From NCBI GenBank assembly GCA_021646405.1, contig SOER01000004.1, forward strand, positions 67,163 to 91,162: DNA of 24,000 nt, written 5' to 3'. The first letter of the stretch is position 1, and each line of letters begins with the position of its first letter. Positions 6,860 to 16,881 of this stretch are shown here, in pieces. Source of the stretch: Candidatus Loosdrechtia aerotolerans. GTDB lineage: Bacteria; Planctomycetota; Brocadiia; Brocadiales; Brocadiaceae. Under the pieces are notes generated by a model. It saw only the letters and a list, made by a program, of their open reading frames with translations, made no database searches and had not been told where the DNA came from. A program made the translations under genes and the position numbers.

Positions 6860-7759
6860 ATGGATGATAAAATAGATAGTATTCCCCATGTACCGGTAAT
6901 GGTTGATGAGGTATTAGACTACTTAGATCCGAAACCAGGACATTGTATCCTTGACTGTACAGTAGGAAGTGGTGGACATGCAAGCAGAATTATAGAAAGA
7001 ATAAAGCCTGGCGGGTTTTTTATTGGTATTGACAAGGACTTGGAAATATTACAGATAGCGAAGCAACATCTATCAAAAACGGGTGGCATATTTAAACTCT
7101 ATCATGCAGATTATGCCGATATTGACGAAGTATTGCGTCTCGCGATGGTTGATAAAGTTCATGGGGTTTTACTCGATTTGGGGGCTTCATCCTTGCAATT
7201 TGATACTGCAGACCGCGGCTTTAGTTTTTCCAAAGAAGGTCCGTTGGATATGAGAATGAACCGTTCTCATGGTATTCCTGCTTCTGAGTTACTCCGCAGA
7301 CTCTCAGATGAGGAACTGGAAGCGTTACTAAGAAAATATGGAGAGGAACGGTGGTCGAGAAGAATTGCAAGAGCGATAGGAAAGGCAAAGCGGCAGGAAC
7401 GTATTACTTCAACAAAACAGCTGGCTGTAATCATTGAAAAAGTTATTCCGGGCGATAAAAGGAAAATCCATCCTGCTACGAAGGTGTTTCAGGCATTAAG
7501 AATTGCAGTAAACAGAGAGTTAGAAAGCCTGGAAAATTTCTTAAATACGATTCATCACTATATGGTAGCTGGCTCACGTATTGTAATTATCAGTTTTCAC
7601 TCTCTTGAAGACCGAATTGTAAAGAATGCATTCATAGAAAAGGCAAATCAAAAAATATTGAAAATACTTACCAAAAAACCTGTAACTCCAAGTGATGCTG
7701 AGATAAAGAAAAACATTCGAAGCAGAAGTGCAAAGCTGAGAGCAGCAGAAAGGGTGTAG
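6860..7759 (+). CDS. rsmH: 16S rRNA (cytosine1402-N4)-methyltransferase
   Basis: 299 aa with HVPVMVDEVLDYL, DCTVGSGGHA, LLDLGASSLQFD, GPLDMRM and ISFHSLEDRIVK motifs. Confidence 0.92.
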   Translation: MDDKIDSIPHVPVMVDEVLDYLDPKPGHCILDCTVGSGGHASRIIERIKPGGFFIGIDKDLEILQIAKQHLSKTGGIFKLYHADYADIDEVLRLAMVDKVHGVLLDLGASSLQFDTADRGFSFSKEGPLDMRMNRSHGIPASELLRRLSDEELEALLRKYGEERWSRRIARAIGKAKRQERITSTKQLAVIIEKVIPGDKRKIHPATKVFQALRIAVNRELESLENFLNTIHHYMVAGSRIVIISFHSLEDRIVKNAFIEKANQKILKILTKKPVTPSDAEIKKNIRSRSAKLRAAERV

Positions 7760-7760
7760 T

Positions 7761-8132
7761 ATGAGCGTATTAAGAATAGTAGTAATGCTTTCTATCACTA
7801 TTATGATGGCAGTATTCATAGTATGGGAAAAAAATAAGATTATCATGATAGGGTATCAGGTTGCCAAATTGCAGGAGAATTGTGCTGAATTATCCGAAGA
7901 GAACAGGAAAATGAATTATTATGTTAACCGGTTAAAATCACCAGAAGTTATTGCGCATAAGGTGCAAACATTAAGGCTGCCTCTTCTTCTCGAGGGGAGT
8001 GTATTGGGGACAGTAGTGGCAAGTCAGACAAAAATGGAAGGAAAAGCAACAAGATCGGTAAAAGCAGGCAGGAATAAGTATCTGTATACTCAAAAGGAAC
8101 CCGTACTAAATTGTTGTTCACTACATAATTAG
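7761..8132 (+). CDS. ftsL: FtsL-like cell division protein
   Basis: 123 aa with an N-terminal TM helix followed by a coiled-coil-like segment (QVAKLQENCAELSEENRKMNYYVNRLKSPE). It occupies the conserved slot between rsmH and ftsI and starts 1 nt after the rsmH stop. Confidence 0.6.
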   Translation: MSVLRIVVMLSITIMMAVFIVWEKNKIIMIGYQVAKLQENCAELSEENRKMNYYVNRLKSPEVIAHKVQTLRLPLLLEGSVLGTVVASQTKMEGKATRSVKAGRNKYLYTQKEPVLNCCSLHN

Positions 8133-8145
8133 TGGAAAGAGTAGC

Positions 8146-9867
8146 GTGCTGCCTTTAAAAAGACATAAATTCTGGGTAAATGTTATTGGTGTTTTTCTCT
8201 TCATACTATTTATTTCACTTGCTGTTCGTCTTGGAAATATCCAGTTAATGAACCATGATAAATACATAAAACTTGCAAAAGCACAACAGTACAAAAAAAT
8301 TACGCTGCCTGCCAGAAGAGGCCCAATTTTAGACCGTAACGGGAATGTACTTGCTGAATCATTACAAGTAGGTTCTATTTCTGCTGATCCGGCAGAAATA
8401 GAGGATATTCCAAAGACAGCATATCATCTGAGCAGAATTTTAGAACTGAATCAATTAAAGCTGATCAAGCTGCTGAAGAAAGATAGGCGGTTTGTCTGGA
8501 TTAAACGAAAAGTTGGCGATGCAGAACTCGATGCAATAGCAAAGGTATCATTAAAAGGTGTGCATATTTGCAATGAGTATCATCGTTTTTATCCTCATCA
8601 GCAATTAGGAAGTCATATCCTTGGGTTTACCAATATTGACGATAGAGGGCTTGAAGGTATTGAACTCTTATTTAATGACGTGTTGTCCGGCGAACCGGGA
8701 TACAAATATGTTACCCGGGATGCACTACAACGTCAGATTATCACACCTGATTCAGAAATACAATTACCGAAGCATGGAGACACGGTTGTTTTAACAATTG
8801 ATGCCAATATTCAGCGCATTACTGAAGAAGAATTGGGTTTTGCCTGTGAGAAATGGATGCCTGCTTCTGCAACAGCGATTGTAATGGATCCAATGACGGG
8901 AGAGGTGCTGGCTATGGCTAACTATCCTACATATGATCCAAATCATTTTAAGAAATATCAGTCGAATGTCAGGAGAAACCTTGCTATCACTGATTGCTAT
9001 GAGCCTGGATCAATAATAAAACCAATCGTACTCTCGGGAATCCTTGAACAGGGTATTGTAAAACCTGATGATGTTTTCTTTTGTCATAATGGTGTTTATG
9101 AAATAGGTGGCAGAGTTCTTCATGACAGCCATAATGGTTACGGCGATCTTACCGTTTCTGAAATTATTGTTTATTCAAGCAATATAGGAATGGCAAGGTT
9201 AGGTGTGCTCATGGGAAAGCAGAAGATGTACCAGCATCTTAAGCAGTTTAAATTTGGGGAGAGAACAGGGATCGATTTGCCAGGTGAAATAGGAGGCATA
9301 TTTCATCCCGTACGATACTGGTCTGAAGTATACTCTCTTGTATCTATTTCAATGGGGCATGAGATTGCCACGACCCCGCTTCAGTTTATTACCGCCTTTT
9401 GTAGTATCCCAAACGGAGGGGTATTGCTTAAGCCGGGTATTATAAAATCGATAATAAGCAGTGATAATAATGAAAAAAAAGAATATCAGTACCCGCAGAT
9501 AGTTAGGCGTGTAATGGGTGTTGATATTGCACGTGGCACTATGAATTCTATACTAACAAAGGCGGTAACAAATGGTACCGGGAAGAATGCAAATCTTCTG
9601 GAATATGATATTGCCGGGAAGACGGGTACATCGCAGAAACCTTCCCATGAAGGCGGACGGTACTCCCGTGAAAAATATGTTGGTTCTTTTGTTGCGTATG
9701 CTCCTGCTGACCATCCCCGTATCTGTGTTTTAGTTATCATTAATGAGCCTACAAACGGTGCATACTATGGTGGAACTGTTGCTGCTCCTGCTGTACGAGA
9801 AATTATTCGACGGTCGCTTATTTATCTCGGGGTTGAACCCCTGAAATTTCAGATGGCAATACAATAA
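8146..9867 (+). CDS. ftsI: class B penicillin-binding protein / peptidoglycan D,D-transpeptidase
   Basis: 573 aa with a GTG start and an N-terminal TM anchor. It has a PBP dimerisation region plus transpeptidase motifs SxxK (GSIIKP), SxN (SSN) and KTG (KTGTSQ). Confidence 0.9.
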   Translation: MLPLKRHKFWVNVIGVFLFILFISLAVRLGNIQLMNHDKYIKLAKAQQYKKITLPARRGPILDRNGNVLAESLQVGSISADPAEIEDIPKTAYHLSRILELNQLKLIKLLKKDRRFVWIKRKVGDAELDAIAKVSLKGVHICNEYHRFYPHQQLGSHILGFTNIDDRGLEGIELLFNDVLSGEPGYKYVTRDALQRQIITPDSEIQLPKHGDTVVLTIDANIQRITEEELGFACEKWMPASATAIVMDPMTGEVLAMANYPTYDPNHFKKYQSNVRRNLAITDCYEPGSIIKPIVLSGILEQGIVKPDDVFFCHNGVYEIGGRVLHDSHNGYGDLTVSEIIVYSSNIGMARLGVLMGKQKMYQHLKQFKFGERTGIDLPGEIGGIFHPVRYWSEVYSLVSISMGHEIATTPLQFITAFCSIPNGGVLLKPGIIKSIISSDNNEKKEYQYPQIVRRVMGVDIARGTMNSILTKAVTNGTGKNANLLEYDIAGKTGTSQKPSHEGGRYSREKYVGSFVAYAPADHPRICVLVIINEPTNGAYYGGTVAAPAVREIIRRSLIYLGVEPLKFQMAIQ

Positions 9868-9982
9868 TTACCTGAGCGGCAAAAGGAAGTTGCACGTGAT
9901 TACAATACATGAGAGTTTTTCTGGATACTATAGAGATGTGATGAACATTTTTGTTATAAATTTCTAAATTGGGAAGAGAGAA

Positions 9983-10279
9983 ATGAATGATAAAGAAATT
10001 GAAAAAAAGAATTTTATTCTCTGGTATGGTCTTTATGCTACAGAAAAGGAATTAGAAGTAGCCCGTCTGAATAATCGGGAAATCCTGGATAGGCTCCTAA
10101 GGGAATATGCTGAAGAAGTAGATAAGATTGATAGAACAAGAAGTATCTATGAACGAATGAACCAAACAGGGAACAGGCAAACGCAGGGTTTTGACGCAAC
10201 ACTTCATATAGACCGTTCTTCATTAAAGAAAAATGACTTATTTGAAGAGGATTCAGTAATAAGATATGAAATTAGGTGA
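9983..10279 (+). CDS. hypothetical protein (orphan ORF inside dcw cluster)
   Basis: 98-aa highly charged ORF that looks helical. GGGAAGAGAG lies upstream of the ATG. The 3' end overlaps the murE start by 14 nt. Codon pattern looks coding, but I recognise no family. Confidence 0.4.
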   Translation: MNDKEIEKKNFILWYGLYATEKELEVARLNNREILDRLLREYAEEVDKIDRTRSIYERMNQTGNRQTQGFDATLHIDRSSLKKNDLFEEDSVIRYEIR

Positions 10280-11738
10280 ACTCTGTTCGTGCTTGACAAA
10301 GTACAAAATTTATAACCTTGTAGAAAAAGAGATATGCGGAATAACGCATGATTCCCGAAAGGTTAAAAGGGGTTTTGTATTTATTGCGATCAGTGGTAAT
10401 AGACTGGACGGGCATGATTTCATCATTAGTGCAGTAGAGAAAGGAGCTGTTGCCCTTGTCGTAGAAAAAAGAAGTGAAGTAATGCTGCACATACCCCAGA
10501 TTGTTGTATCAAATACACGTCAGGCCCTGGCCCTCCTGAGCAACTATTTTTTTGATGAGCCCTCTTCCCAAATGACTGTTATCGGCATTACAGGAACAAA
10601 CGGTAAAACAACCACTTCTTATCTTACACGATCAATCATTGAGGCCTCCGGTAAGGAAGCGGGCCTTATTGGTACTATTCAGTATCAAATAGGTAAGAGG
10701 GCTATACCTGCCCAGGAGACGACTCCCGAATCCGTTGAAATCCAGAACTATCTCTCCCAAATGGTAAAAGCTGATATAAAATATGCCGTAACTGAAGTAT
10801 CTTCTCATGCCCTTTCCCAACATCGAGTGGATGGTATACGTTTTCGTTCTGCAATCTTTACCAATCTATCCGCCGAGCATCTCGATTACCATAAAAACAT
10901 AAAAAACTATCGGGAAGAAAAACTAAAGCTGGTAAAAGGATTACAATCAGATGCATTCACCATATTGAACGATGACCAGAGTGCGAGTAAATACTTTGTA
11001 GAGAGTACAAGGTCGAAGGTTCTTTGGTATGGTATAAAGAGAAAGAGTGCTGATGTTGTAGCAGAGTGTATTTCTATGGATAAGGACACTACGAGATTTC
11101 TCCTGAACTCTCCATGGGGTAAAAAGACAATTCAATCAAAACTTATAGGCAAACATAATGTGTATAATGCATTAGCTGCGGCTGCAAGCACCCTGGCATT
11201 GGGTTTCGAGATTGATGCTGTTCAAACAGGTATTGAATCATTATGCACAGTGCCCGGCAGGCTGGAAAGGATTGACTGCGGACAGGATTTTCAGGTTTAT
11301 GTTGACTTTGCTCACACACATCAGGCTTTACAAGTTGTTCTGAGTACACTCCGTGACACAACAACAGGACGTATTTTGCTCGTCTTTGGATGCGGCGGAG
11401 ACCGGGATAGAAAAAAACGGCCTAGAATGGGGTATGTTGCAGAAAATTATTCAGATCTTTTCTGGATAACAAGTGATAATCCCCGCTCTGAAGACCCTTC
11501 TCGTATTATTCATGAAGTTCAAAAGGGATTGAGCAAGGAAGCCCGTTTTCGTATACAACCCGATAGAAGATGTGCCATTGAAGAGGCTATTCTGGAAGCA
11601 AAGAGTGGGGACGTCGTTGTTATTGCAGGTAAAGGACATGAACACTATCAGATCTCAAAAGGTATCGTAATTCCCTTTGATGATCGTGATGTAGTAAGAC
11701 AAATCTTACAGAGTACCATGGTATCAAATTATAAATAA
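10266..11738 (+). CDS. murE: UDP-N-acetylmuramoyl-L-alanyl-D-glutamate--2,6-diaminopimelate ligase
   Basis: 490 aa with GITGTNGKTTT P-loop, HDSRKV and DGHDF N-terminal motifs, a DNPR motif (TSDNPRSEDP) associated with meso-DAP specificity, and AGKGHE. Confidence 0.92.
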   Translation: MKLGELCSCLTKYKIYNLVEKEICGITHDSRKVKRGFVFIAISGNRLDGHDFIISAVEKGAVALVVEKRSEVMLHIPQIVVSNTRQALALLSNYFFDEPSSQMTVIGITGTNGKTTTSYLTRSIIEASGKEAGLIGTIQYQIGKRAIPAQETTPESVEIQNYLSQMVKADIKYAVTEVSSHALSQHRVDGIRFRSAIFTNLSAEHLDYHKNIKNYREEKLKLVKGLQSDAFTILNDDQSASKYFVESTRSKVLWYGIKRKSADVVAECISMDKDTTRFLLNSPWGKKTIQSKLIGKHNVYNALAAAASTLALGFEIDAVQTGIESLCTVPGRLERIDCGQDFQVYVDFAHTHQALQVVLSTLRDTTTGRILLVFGCGGDRDRKKRPRMGYVAENYSDLFWITSDNPRSEDPSRIIHEVQKGLSKEARFRIQPDRRCAIEEAILEAKSGDVVVIAGKGHEHYQISKGIVIPFDDRDVVRQILQSTMVSNYK

Positions 11739-11746
11739 TCAGAAAT

Positions 11747-13132
11747 ATGGAACCTCTCTCTTTCGAGGAAATAGTGAAAGCCGTTCGCGGAAACCTTTTC
11801 TGTACAAATAAGAATGTACAGATACGGGGTATATCTACAGACAGCCGGAATATTCAACCGGGTGATCTTTTTTTTGCACTTAAGGGAAAACGATTCGACG
11901 GGCATCAGTTTATTATCCGGATAATAGATGCTGGAGCAGCAGGGGCTGTTATCTCGAATGCGTGTGTAGTAAACGCGGGGAATAAACATTTCCCGGTTAT
12001 CCGGGTACCCGATACCACAATAGCGCTGGGAGACCTCGCTCAATATTATCGCCAAAAATTACCTGCACGGGTTATCGGGATCACGGGGAGTAATGGTAAA
12101 ACTACCACAAAAGAAATGACATACCGCCTCTTATCGCATTTTGGTTCAACGGTAAGGTCTCAGAAGAGCTATAATAATTGTATTGGTGTACCCCTCACGA
12201 TATTTGAAATAGAGAACAGACATCAGTACGGTATCCTTGAGATGGGTACAAATGCTCCCGGGGAAATAAAACGTTTGTCTGAGATCGGTATTCCTGACAT
12301 AGCGGTAATCGTAAATATTTCAAAAACTCATTTAGAAGGCTTAGATGGTATTGAAGGTGTTGCTTTTGCAAAGGCTGAAATATTAGAAAATATTCAAACC
12401 CACGGAACGTTTGTTTATAACACCGATAATCCATGGTGTGTAAAGATTGCAAACGGATTTAATGGAAATATGGTAGGTTTTGGTTTCAATCCTCGTGCGG
12501 ATATACAATGTACAGGGGTAAAGAAAAGGGACAAGGGATATAGTCTCATAATGAACGGATGTGTAGAAGTGCTTCTCCCAGTCCCCGGATACCATAATAT
12601 TAACAACTGCCTGGCGTCTTTTGCCGTTTGTCACGCATTAGGTCACGATATCCGGGATGTAAAGGATGCCCTCTCCTCTTTTGAATTACCCTCTATGAGG
12701 ATCGAGCAGTTGCGCATTGGTAACGTTACCGTTATCAATGATGCCTATAATGCAAATCCCGAATCTGTAAGCGCTGCCCTGCAATACCTCAGCGAAACTG
12801 AAACGGGAGGAAGGAGGGTTTTTATTTGCGGAGATATGCTTGAGTTGGGAAAAGAATCGCAGCAACTTCACAGGGAAATTGGTGAAAAAGTGGCTCGTTT
12901 AAATATTGACTTGTTATGGACCGTGGGGGAATACGCACATGAAATTGCAGAAGGTGCAAGATTATCGGGTATGCCTGAAAGACACATTACCCGTTTTAAG
13001 AACATTGGTGATGTCTCGGTATCTGAGATATGTAGTCTCAGGGAATATAGTACCGTTTTAATTAAAGGTTCCCGCAGCGTGCATATGGAACATATTATTG
13101 AAAGGTTGTATGAGTTTCTTTCTTATGGATAA
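11747..13132 (+). CDS. murF: UDP-N-acetylmuramoyl-tripeptide--D-alanyl-D-alanine ligase
   Basis: 461 aa with TDSRNIQPGDLFFAL, GITGSNGKTTTKEM, NDAYNANPES and IKGSRS motifs. Confidence 0.92.
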   Translation: MEPLSFEEIVKAVRGNLFCTNKNVQIRGISTDSRNIQPGDLFFALKGKRFDGHQFIIRIIDAGAAGAVISNACVVNAGNKHFPVIRVPDTTIALGDLAQYYRQKLPARVIGITGSNGKTTTKEMTYRLLSHFGSTVRSQKSYNNCIGVPLTIFEIENRHQYGILEMGTNAPGEIKRLSEIGIPDIAVIVNISKTHLEGLDGIEGVAFAKAEILENIQTHGTFVYNTDNPWCVKIANGFNGNMVGFGFNPRADIQCTGVKKRDKGYSLIMNGCVEVLLPVPGYHNINNCLASFAVCHALGHDIRDVKDALSSFELPSMRIEQLRIGNVTVINDAYNANPESVSAALQYLSETETGGRRVFICGDMLELGKESQQLHREIGEKVARLNIDLLWTVGEYAHEIAEGARLSGMPERHITRFKNIGDVSVSEICSLREYSTVLIKGSRSVHMEHIIERLYEFLSYG

Positions 13133-14244
13133 TGTCCCGGGATTCAAATAAACGAGGTTATGCGGCTTTGTTATATCACTGGTTTTCATCAATAAGTTCA
13201 TTCGAAACAGGTAAGTATATATCTTTTCGTTTATTTTTGGCGGCTTTTACAGCATTTTTTTTTAGTATTTTTTTTGGCCGATGGTTTATTAACAAACTCC
13301 TGATTTTCAAGATCGGTGAAGATACGACAAAAACAGATTCCGAAGAGCTTAAGCAGATGCATTTTGACAAAAGGAACACACCAACGATGGGTGGAATTAC
13401 GGTAATTGTTTCTATCCTGGTCTCTTCTCTGCTCTGGTGTAATGTTGATAACGGATATGTTCTTTTGTTGATATTTTCATTGATATGGCTCGGTGCACTT
13501 GGTTTTGCTGATGATTATATTAAATTAACACAAAAGAATGTACCGGGTTTACGGAGTAAATCAAAATTCTTATTCCAATCAGTATTAGGACTTATCGTAG
13601 GACTCATTTTATATTTTCATTTTCATAAATACGCGTGGGGTACTCAACTGACAATTCCTTTTTTGAAAGGTTTCAGGCCTGACCTGGGACCTTTTTACAT
13701 ACTGATTGTTACGTTTTTTATTGTGGCAATGTCAAATGCTGTAAATCTTACCGATGGTTTAGACGGATTGGCAATAGGATGTAGTGTCATAGCTGGAATT
13801 ATCTTTACGGTTATTGCCTATGCTTCAGGAAATGTGAACGTTAGTAACTACTTAAATATACCCTATACTCCGGGGAGCGGAGAGTTAAGTATTTTTTGTG
13901 CTGCGCTTGCAGGGGGAGGGTTGGGGTTCTTATGGTATAATTGTTTTCCGGCACAAGTTTTTATGGGCGATACAGGTTCATTAGCACTAGGAGGTATGTT
14001 AGGGCTCATTGCTGTTATTGTAAAGCAGGAGGTCGTCATGATTGTCACAGGTGGTATCTTTATCGCAGAAACGATCTCTGTTATTGCACAGGTTTCCTTC
14101 TATAAAATGACGAAAAAGAGGATTTTTCGTTGTGCACCTTTGCACCACCATTTCCAATTCAAAGGATTACCTGAGACTAAGGTTACTTTCAGATTCTTGA
14201 TTGTTTCCATTCTACTGGCTGGTTTTAGCCTTATTTTATTATGA
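13132..14244 (+). CDS. mraY: phospho-N-acetylmuramoyl-pentapeptide transferase
   Basis: 370-aa polytopic membrane protein with TPTMGG, NAVNLTDGLDGLA, MGDTGSLALGG and APLHHHF motifs. Its ATG overlaps the murF TAA by 1 nt. Confidence 0.93.
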   Translation: MSRDSNKRGYAALLYHWFSSISSFETGKYISFRLFLAAFTAFFFSIFFGRWFINKLLIFKIGEDTTKTDSEELKQMHFDKRNTPTMGGITVIVSILVSSLLWCNVDNGYVLLLIFSLIWLGALGFADDYIKLTQKNVPGLRSKSKFLFQSVLGLIVGLILYFHFHKYAWGTQLTIPFLKGFRPDLGPFYILIVTFFIVAMSNAVNLTDGLDGLAIGCSVIAGIIFTVIAYASGNVNVSNYLNIPYTPGSGELSIFCAALAGGGLGFLWYNCFPAQVFMGDTGSLALGGMLGLIAVIVKQEVVMIVTGGIFIAETISVIAQVSFYKMTKKRIFRCAPLHHHFQFKGLPETKVTFRFLIVSILLAGFSLILL

Positions 14245-15464
14245 AACAAAGGAACATATTCATAAAACCCTGGCATGGTATTATCTACAGTATTGTTGCC
14301 TTACTCGGTTTTAGTCTTATTACCGTATATAGTACGGATACGAATACCTTTGGAACCGGTGGAAACAGCTATCAATATGTAAAGCATCTCCTATGGATAG
14401 GTATAGGTATTCTGCTCATGATGATAATGGCCGGGATAGATTACCACTATTTACAGAAATTCAGTATACCTATTCTTATTGTTTCCTCTATCCTTCTCTT
14501 ACTCGTGCTTATACCTGGAGTTGGCACTGTTACGAATGGTGCACGCAGATGGATCCGTCTGGGCTCCATGTTAGGTATTCAACCATCAGAATTGGCTAAG
14601 GTGGGGATGATAATCTTTATTTCAGGTTATATTGCAAAGAACCCCGATCGCATGTCAGAGTCTGTCTATGGATTTGCAATGCCCGTGATCATTGTAGCAC
14701 TCATAAGCTTTCTTATCGTGATAGAACCTGATTTTGGTACAGCCACGTTTATCGCTGTATTATCTTTTATTATGCTTATAGTTGGCGGAACAAGAATTAC
14801 TTTTGTTCTCTTCATGGTTATAGCTGCCATACCCTTTATTTATAAAATGGTATTTGAAGTGTCGTACAGAAAAGACAGAATACTATCCTTTTGGGATCCA
14901 TGGAAAGATCCTTCAGGTACCGGGTATCATATTATTCAATCATGGATTGCCCTTGGTTCCGGCGGCCTGACAGGAGTAGGAATTGGAAGCAGCAAGCAGA
15001 AATTATTTTTTCTGCCAGAAAGCAGCAGCGATTTTATCTTTACGATTATCGGTGAGGAACTTGGCTTCATTGGTGTAATGGCTGTTATTAGTCTCTTTGG
15101 CTTATTATTATGGCAAGGATTAAGAATTGTACACGGAGCTAAAGATACGTTTGGATTTTTTCTTGGGCTTGGAATTACCGTAATGTTTGGTCTGCAGGCG
15201 ATTATTAATATTGCTGTTGTTTCCGGCGATATACCAACAAAAGGTATTCCTTTACCTTTTGTTAGCTCGGGAGGATCATCTCTTTTATTCTCAATGATAA
15301 GTGCTGGTATACTTATCAACATATCACGGCAATCAATGACGAAAGAACATTCAGACGCATCCGTTTGTGATACAGAGTTATCTCAGGAAAACACGACAGG
15401 CAGGTTGCTACCAGGGAAAATCTGGCATAAGATAACATCAAAAATAGCAAATTTTTCCTGGTAA
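14241..15464 (+). CDS. ftsW: SEDS-family peptidoglycan glycosyltransferase FtsW
   Basis: 407 aa with about 10 TM segments. FtsW/RodA motifs are IQPSELAK, EPDFGT, LPESSSDFIF and PLPFVSSGGSSL. It overlaps mraY by ATGA. About 45 aa of non-conserved C-terminal tail follow. Confidence 0.88.
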   Translation: MKQRNIFIKPWHGIIYSIVALLGFSLITVYSTDTNTFGTGGNSYQYVKHLLWIGIGILLMMIMAGIDYHYLQKFSIPILIVSSILLLLVLIPGVGTVTNGARRWIRLGSMLGIQPSELAKVGMIIFISGYIAKNPDRMSESVYGFAMPVIIVALISFLIVIEPDFGTATFIAVLSFIMLIVGGTRITFVLFMVIAAIPFIYKMVFEVSYRKDRILSFWDPWKDPSGTGYHIIQSWIALGSGGLTGVGIGSSKQKLFFLPESSSDFIFTIIGEELGFIGVMAVISLFGLLLWQGLRIVHGAKDTFGFFLGLGITVMFGLQAIINIAVVSGDIPTKGIPLPFVSSGGSSLLFSMISAGILINISRQSMTKEHSDASVCDTELSQENTTGRLLPGKIWHKITSKIANFSW

Positions 15465-15480
15465 AAAGGGGCAGAGAAAG

Positions 15481-16605
15481 ATGAAAGTGATTTTTGCAGG
15501 GGGAGGGACTGGTGGCCATTTGATGGTGGGATTGAGTACCGCAGAAGAAATTCGCTCTCGATTTTCTGATGCTGAAATTATTTTTTTTGGAACGGGAAAG
15601 GAGTTTGAGAAACGCTGTGTAGAACAGCGGGGATTTCAATTTCGGCATATAAGTGCCCGGAAGTGGGAAAGATCATATAAACGTATATTTACCTTCATCG
15701 GTGTTATATTCGTTGGTATTATTGAAGCATTATTTGAAATGAGAAGATGTAAGCCGTCTATTGTAATCGGCTTGGGCGGATATGCCTCTGCTGCTCCGCT
15801 TATAGCTGCAAAATTATTAAACATTCCATCTGTGCTTCTTGAACAGAATGTAATTCCCGGAAAGGCAAATAGGTTTTTGGCAAAATGGGTTCATGAGGTA
15901 TATTGCCATTGGCGGAGTTCTGTCAAGTGGTTTCGTAGGGCGAAGATTGTTTGTGTGACGGGAACACCCATTCGAAAAGATATTGCATATGGTCAGGAGA
16001 AATTGTGTTTTGAGAAATTTGGACTTAATCCTTTAAAGAACACGATATTTGTTACCGGAGGAAGTCAGGGCGCACAGGCCATTAACGAGGTAATGTTACA
16101 ATGCTTACCAAAACTGGAATCACTTACGGATACGCTGCAGTTTATCCATTGTACCGGTGATCATGATTATGAGATGGTAAAGGCCGCTTATAAACAAACA
16201 AAACTGGATGCATTTGTTTGTCGTTTTCTCGATGATATGGGCACCGCTTTAAGAATGGCGGACATAATTATTTGCAGGGCCGGCGCAACTACTATTGCAG
16301 AGATTACCGCAATCGGTATTCCTGCCATAGTAATACCATATCCGTATGCAACAGACAACCATCAATACTGGAATGCGATGGAAGTAGCAAGTAATGGCGC
16401 AGGGTATTTATTACAGCAAATTGACCTGACCCCTGAGAGGGTTACGGAACTTATTGGAGATCTTCTCAACAATAGAGAAAAGTATGAGAGAATGAAAAGG
16501 TTTAGCAAGGAGATGGGAATTCCGCAGGCTGCTGTGCAGGTTGTTGATAATATCTGCAGAGTAGCTGGATTGAAGAGTACGGTGTTTGCGCTCAGTATAG
16601 GATAA
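15481..16605 (+). CDS. murG: undecaprenyldiphospho-muramoylpentapeptide beta-N-acetylglucosaminyltransferase
   Basis: 374 aa with GGGTGGH, LLEQN, TGGSQGA and RAGATTIAE motifs. Confidence 0.92.
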   Translation: MKVIFAGGGTGGHLMVGLSTAEEIRSRFSDAEIIFFGTGKEFEKRCVEQRGFQFRHISARKWERSYKRIFTFIGVIFVGIIEALFEMRRCKPSIVIGLGGYASAAPLIAAKLLNIPSVLLEQNVIPGKANRFLAKWVHEVYCHWRSSVKWFRRAKIVCVTGTPIRKDIAYGQEKLCFEKFGLNPLKNTIFVTGGSQGAQAINEVMLQCLPKLESLTDTLQFIHCTGDHDYEMVKAAYKQTKLDAFVCRFLDDMGTALRMADIIICRAGATTIAEITAIGIPAIVIPYPYATDNHQYWNAMEVASNGAGYLLQQIDLTPERVTELIGDLLNNREKYERMKRFSKEMGIPQAAVQVVDNICRVAGLKSTVFALSIG

Positions 16606-16637
16606 TAATACTACTGAAATTGTTACAACCGGACGTA

Positions 16638-16690
16638 TGTGCCTTGGCACACATGTGTCTGAGACAAATATGTCTCATGGGACATTTTTT
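16638..16690 (+). terminator. tandem hairpins plus T-run after murG (terminator-like)
   Basis: TGTGCC-TT-GGCACA (16638-16651), then ATGTC-TCATGG-GACAT (16670-16685) followed by a T-run to 16690. The stems are short (5-6 bp), so the strength is doubtful. Confidence 0.35.
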
Positions 16691-16821
16691 CACACCCTGG
16701 TAAGGATTTTTAACACCAGAAAAAAAGATATAAATTGCTACAAGGATAAATAAAACAATAGCTTACAGAATCCTAAAACAGGGTGATGTTTTGTTGTAAA
16801 AATGATTATTTGGTATACATC

Positions 16822-16881
16822 TTGACGGGTTAAATAATAAATTCGTTACAGATAAAAAAATATTCATAGTATGTATATAAT
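16822..16881 (+). promoter_or_regulatory. candidate internal promoter region for murC-ddl-ftsQ
   Basis: TTGACG at 16822-16827, whose best -10 (TACAGA) needs a 19-nt spacer. A perfect TATAAT sits at 16876-16881 with a poor -35. The region is AT-rich and 55-115 nt upstream of murC. Confidence 0.3.

Noticed and set aside
7574-7846. 90-aa minus-strand ORF bridging the rsmH/ftsL junction
   Set aside because: It overlaps two well-supported plus-strand genes, has Ile/Phe/Asn-rich junk composition and has no start context.
16670-16753. 27-codon ORF (MSHGTFFHTLVRIFNTRKKDINCYKDK) in the murG-murC spacer
   Set aside because: It has no Shine-Dalgarno, its start is embedded in a hairpin stem, and it is very short and low-complexity. 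It is more likely non-coding.
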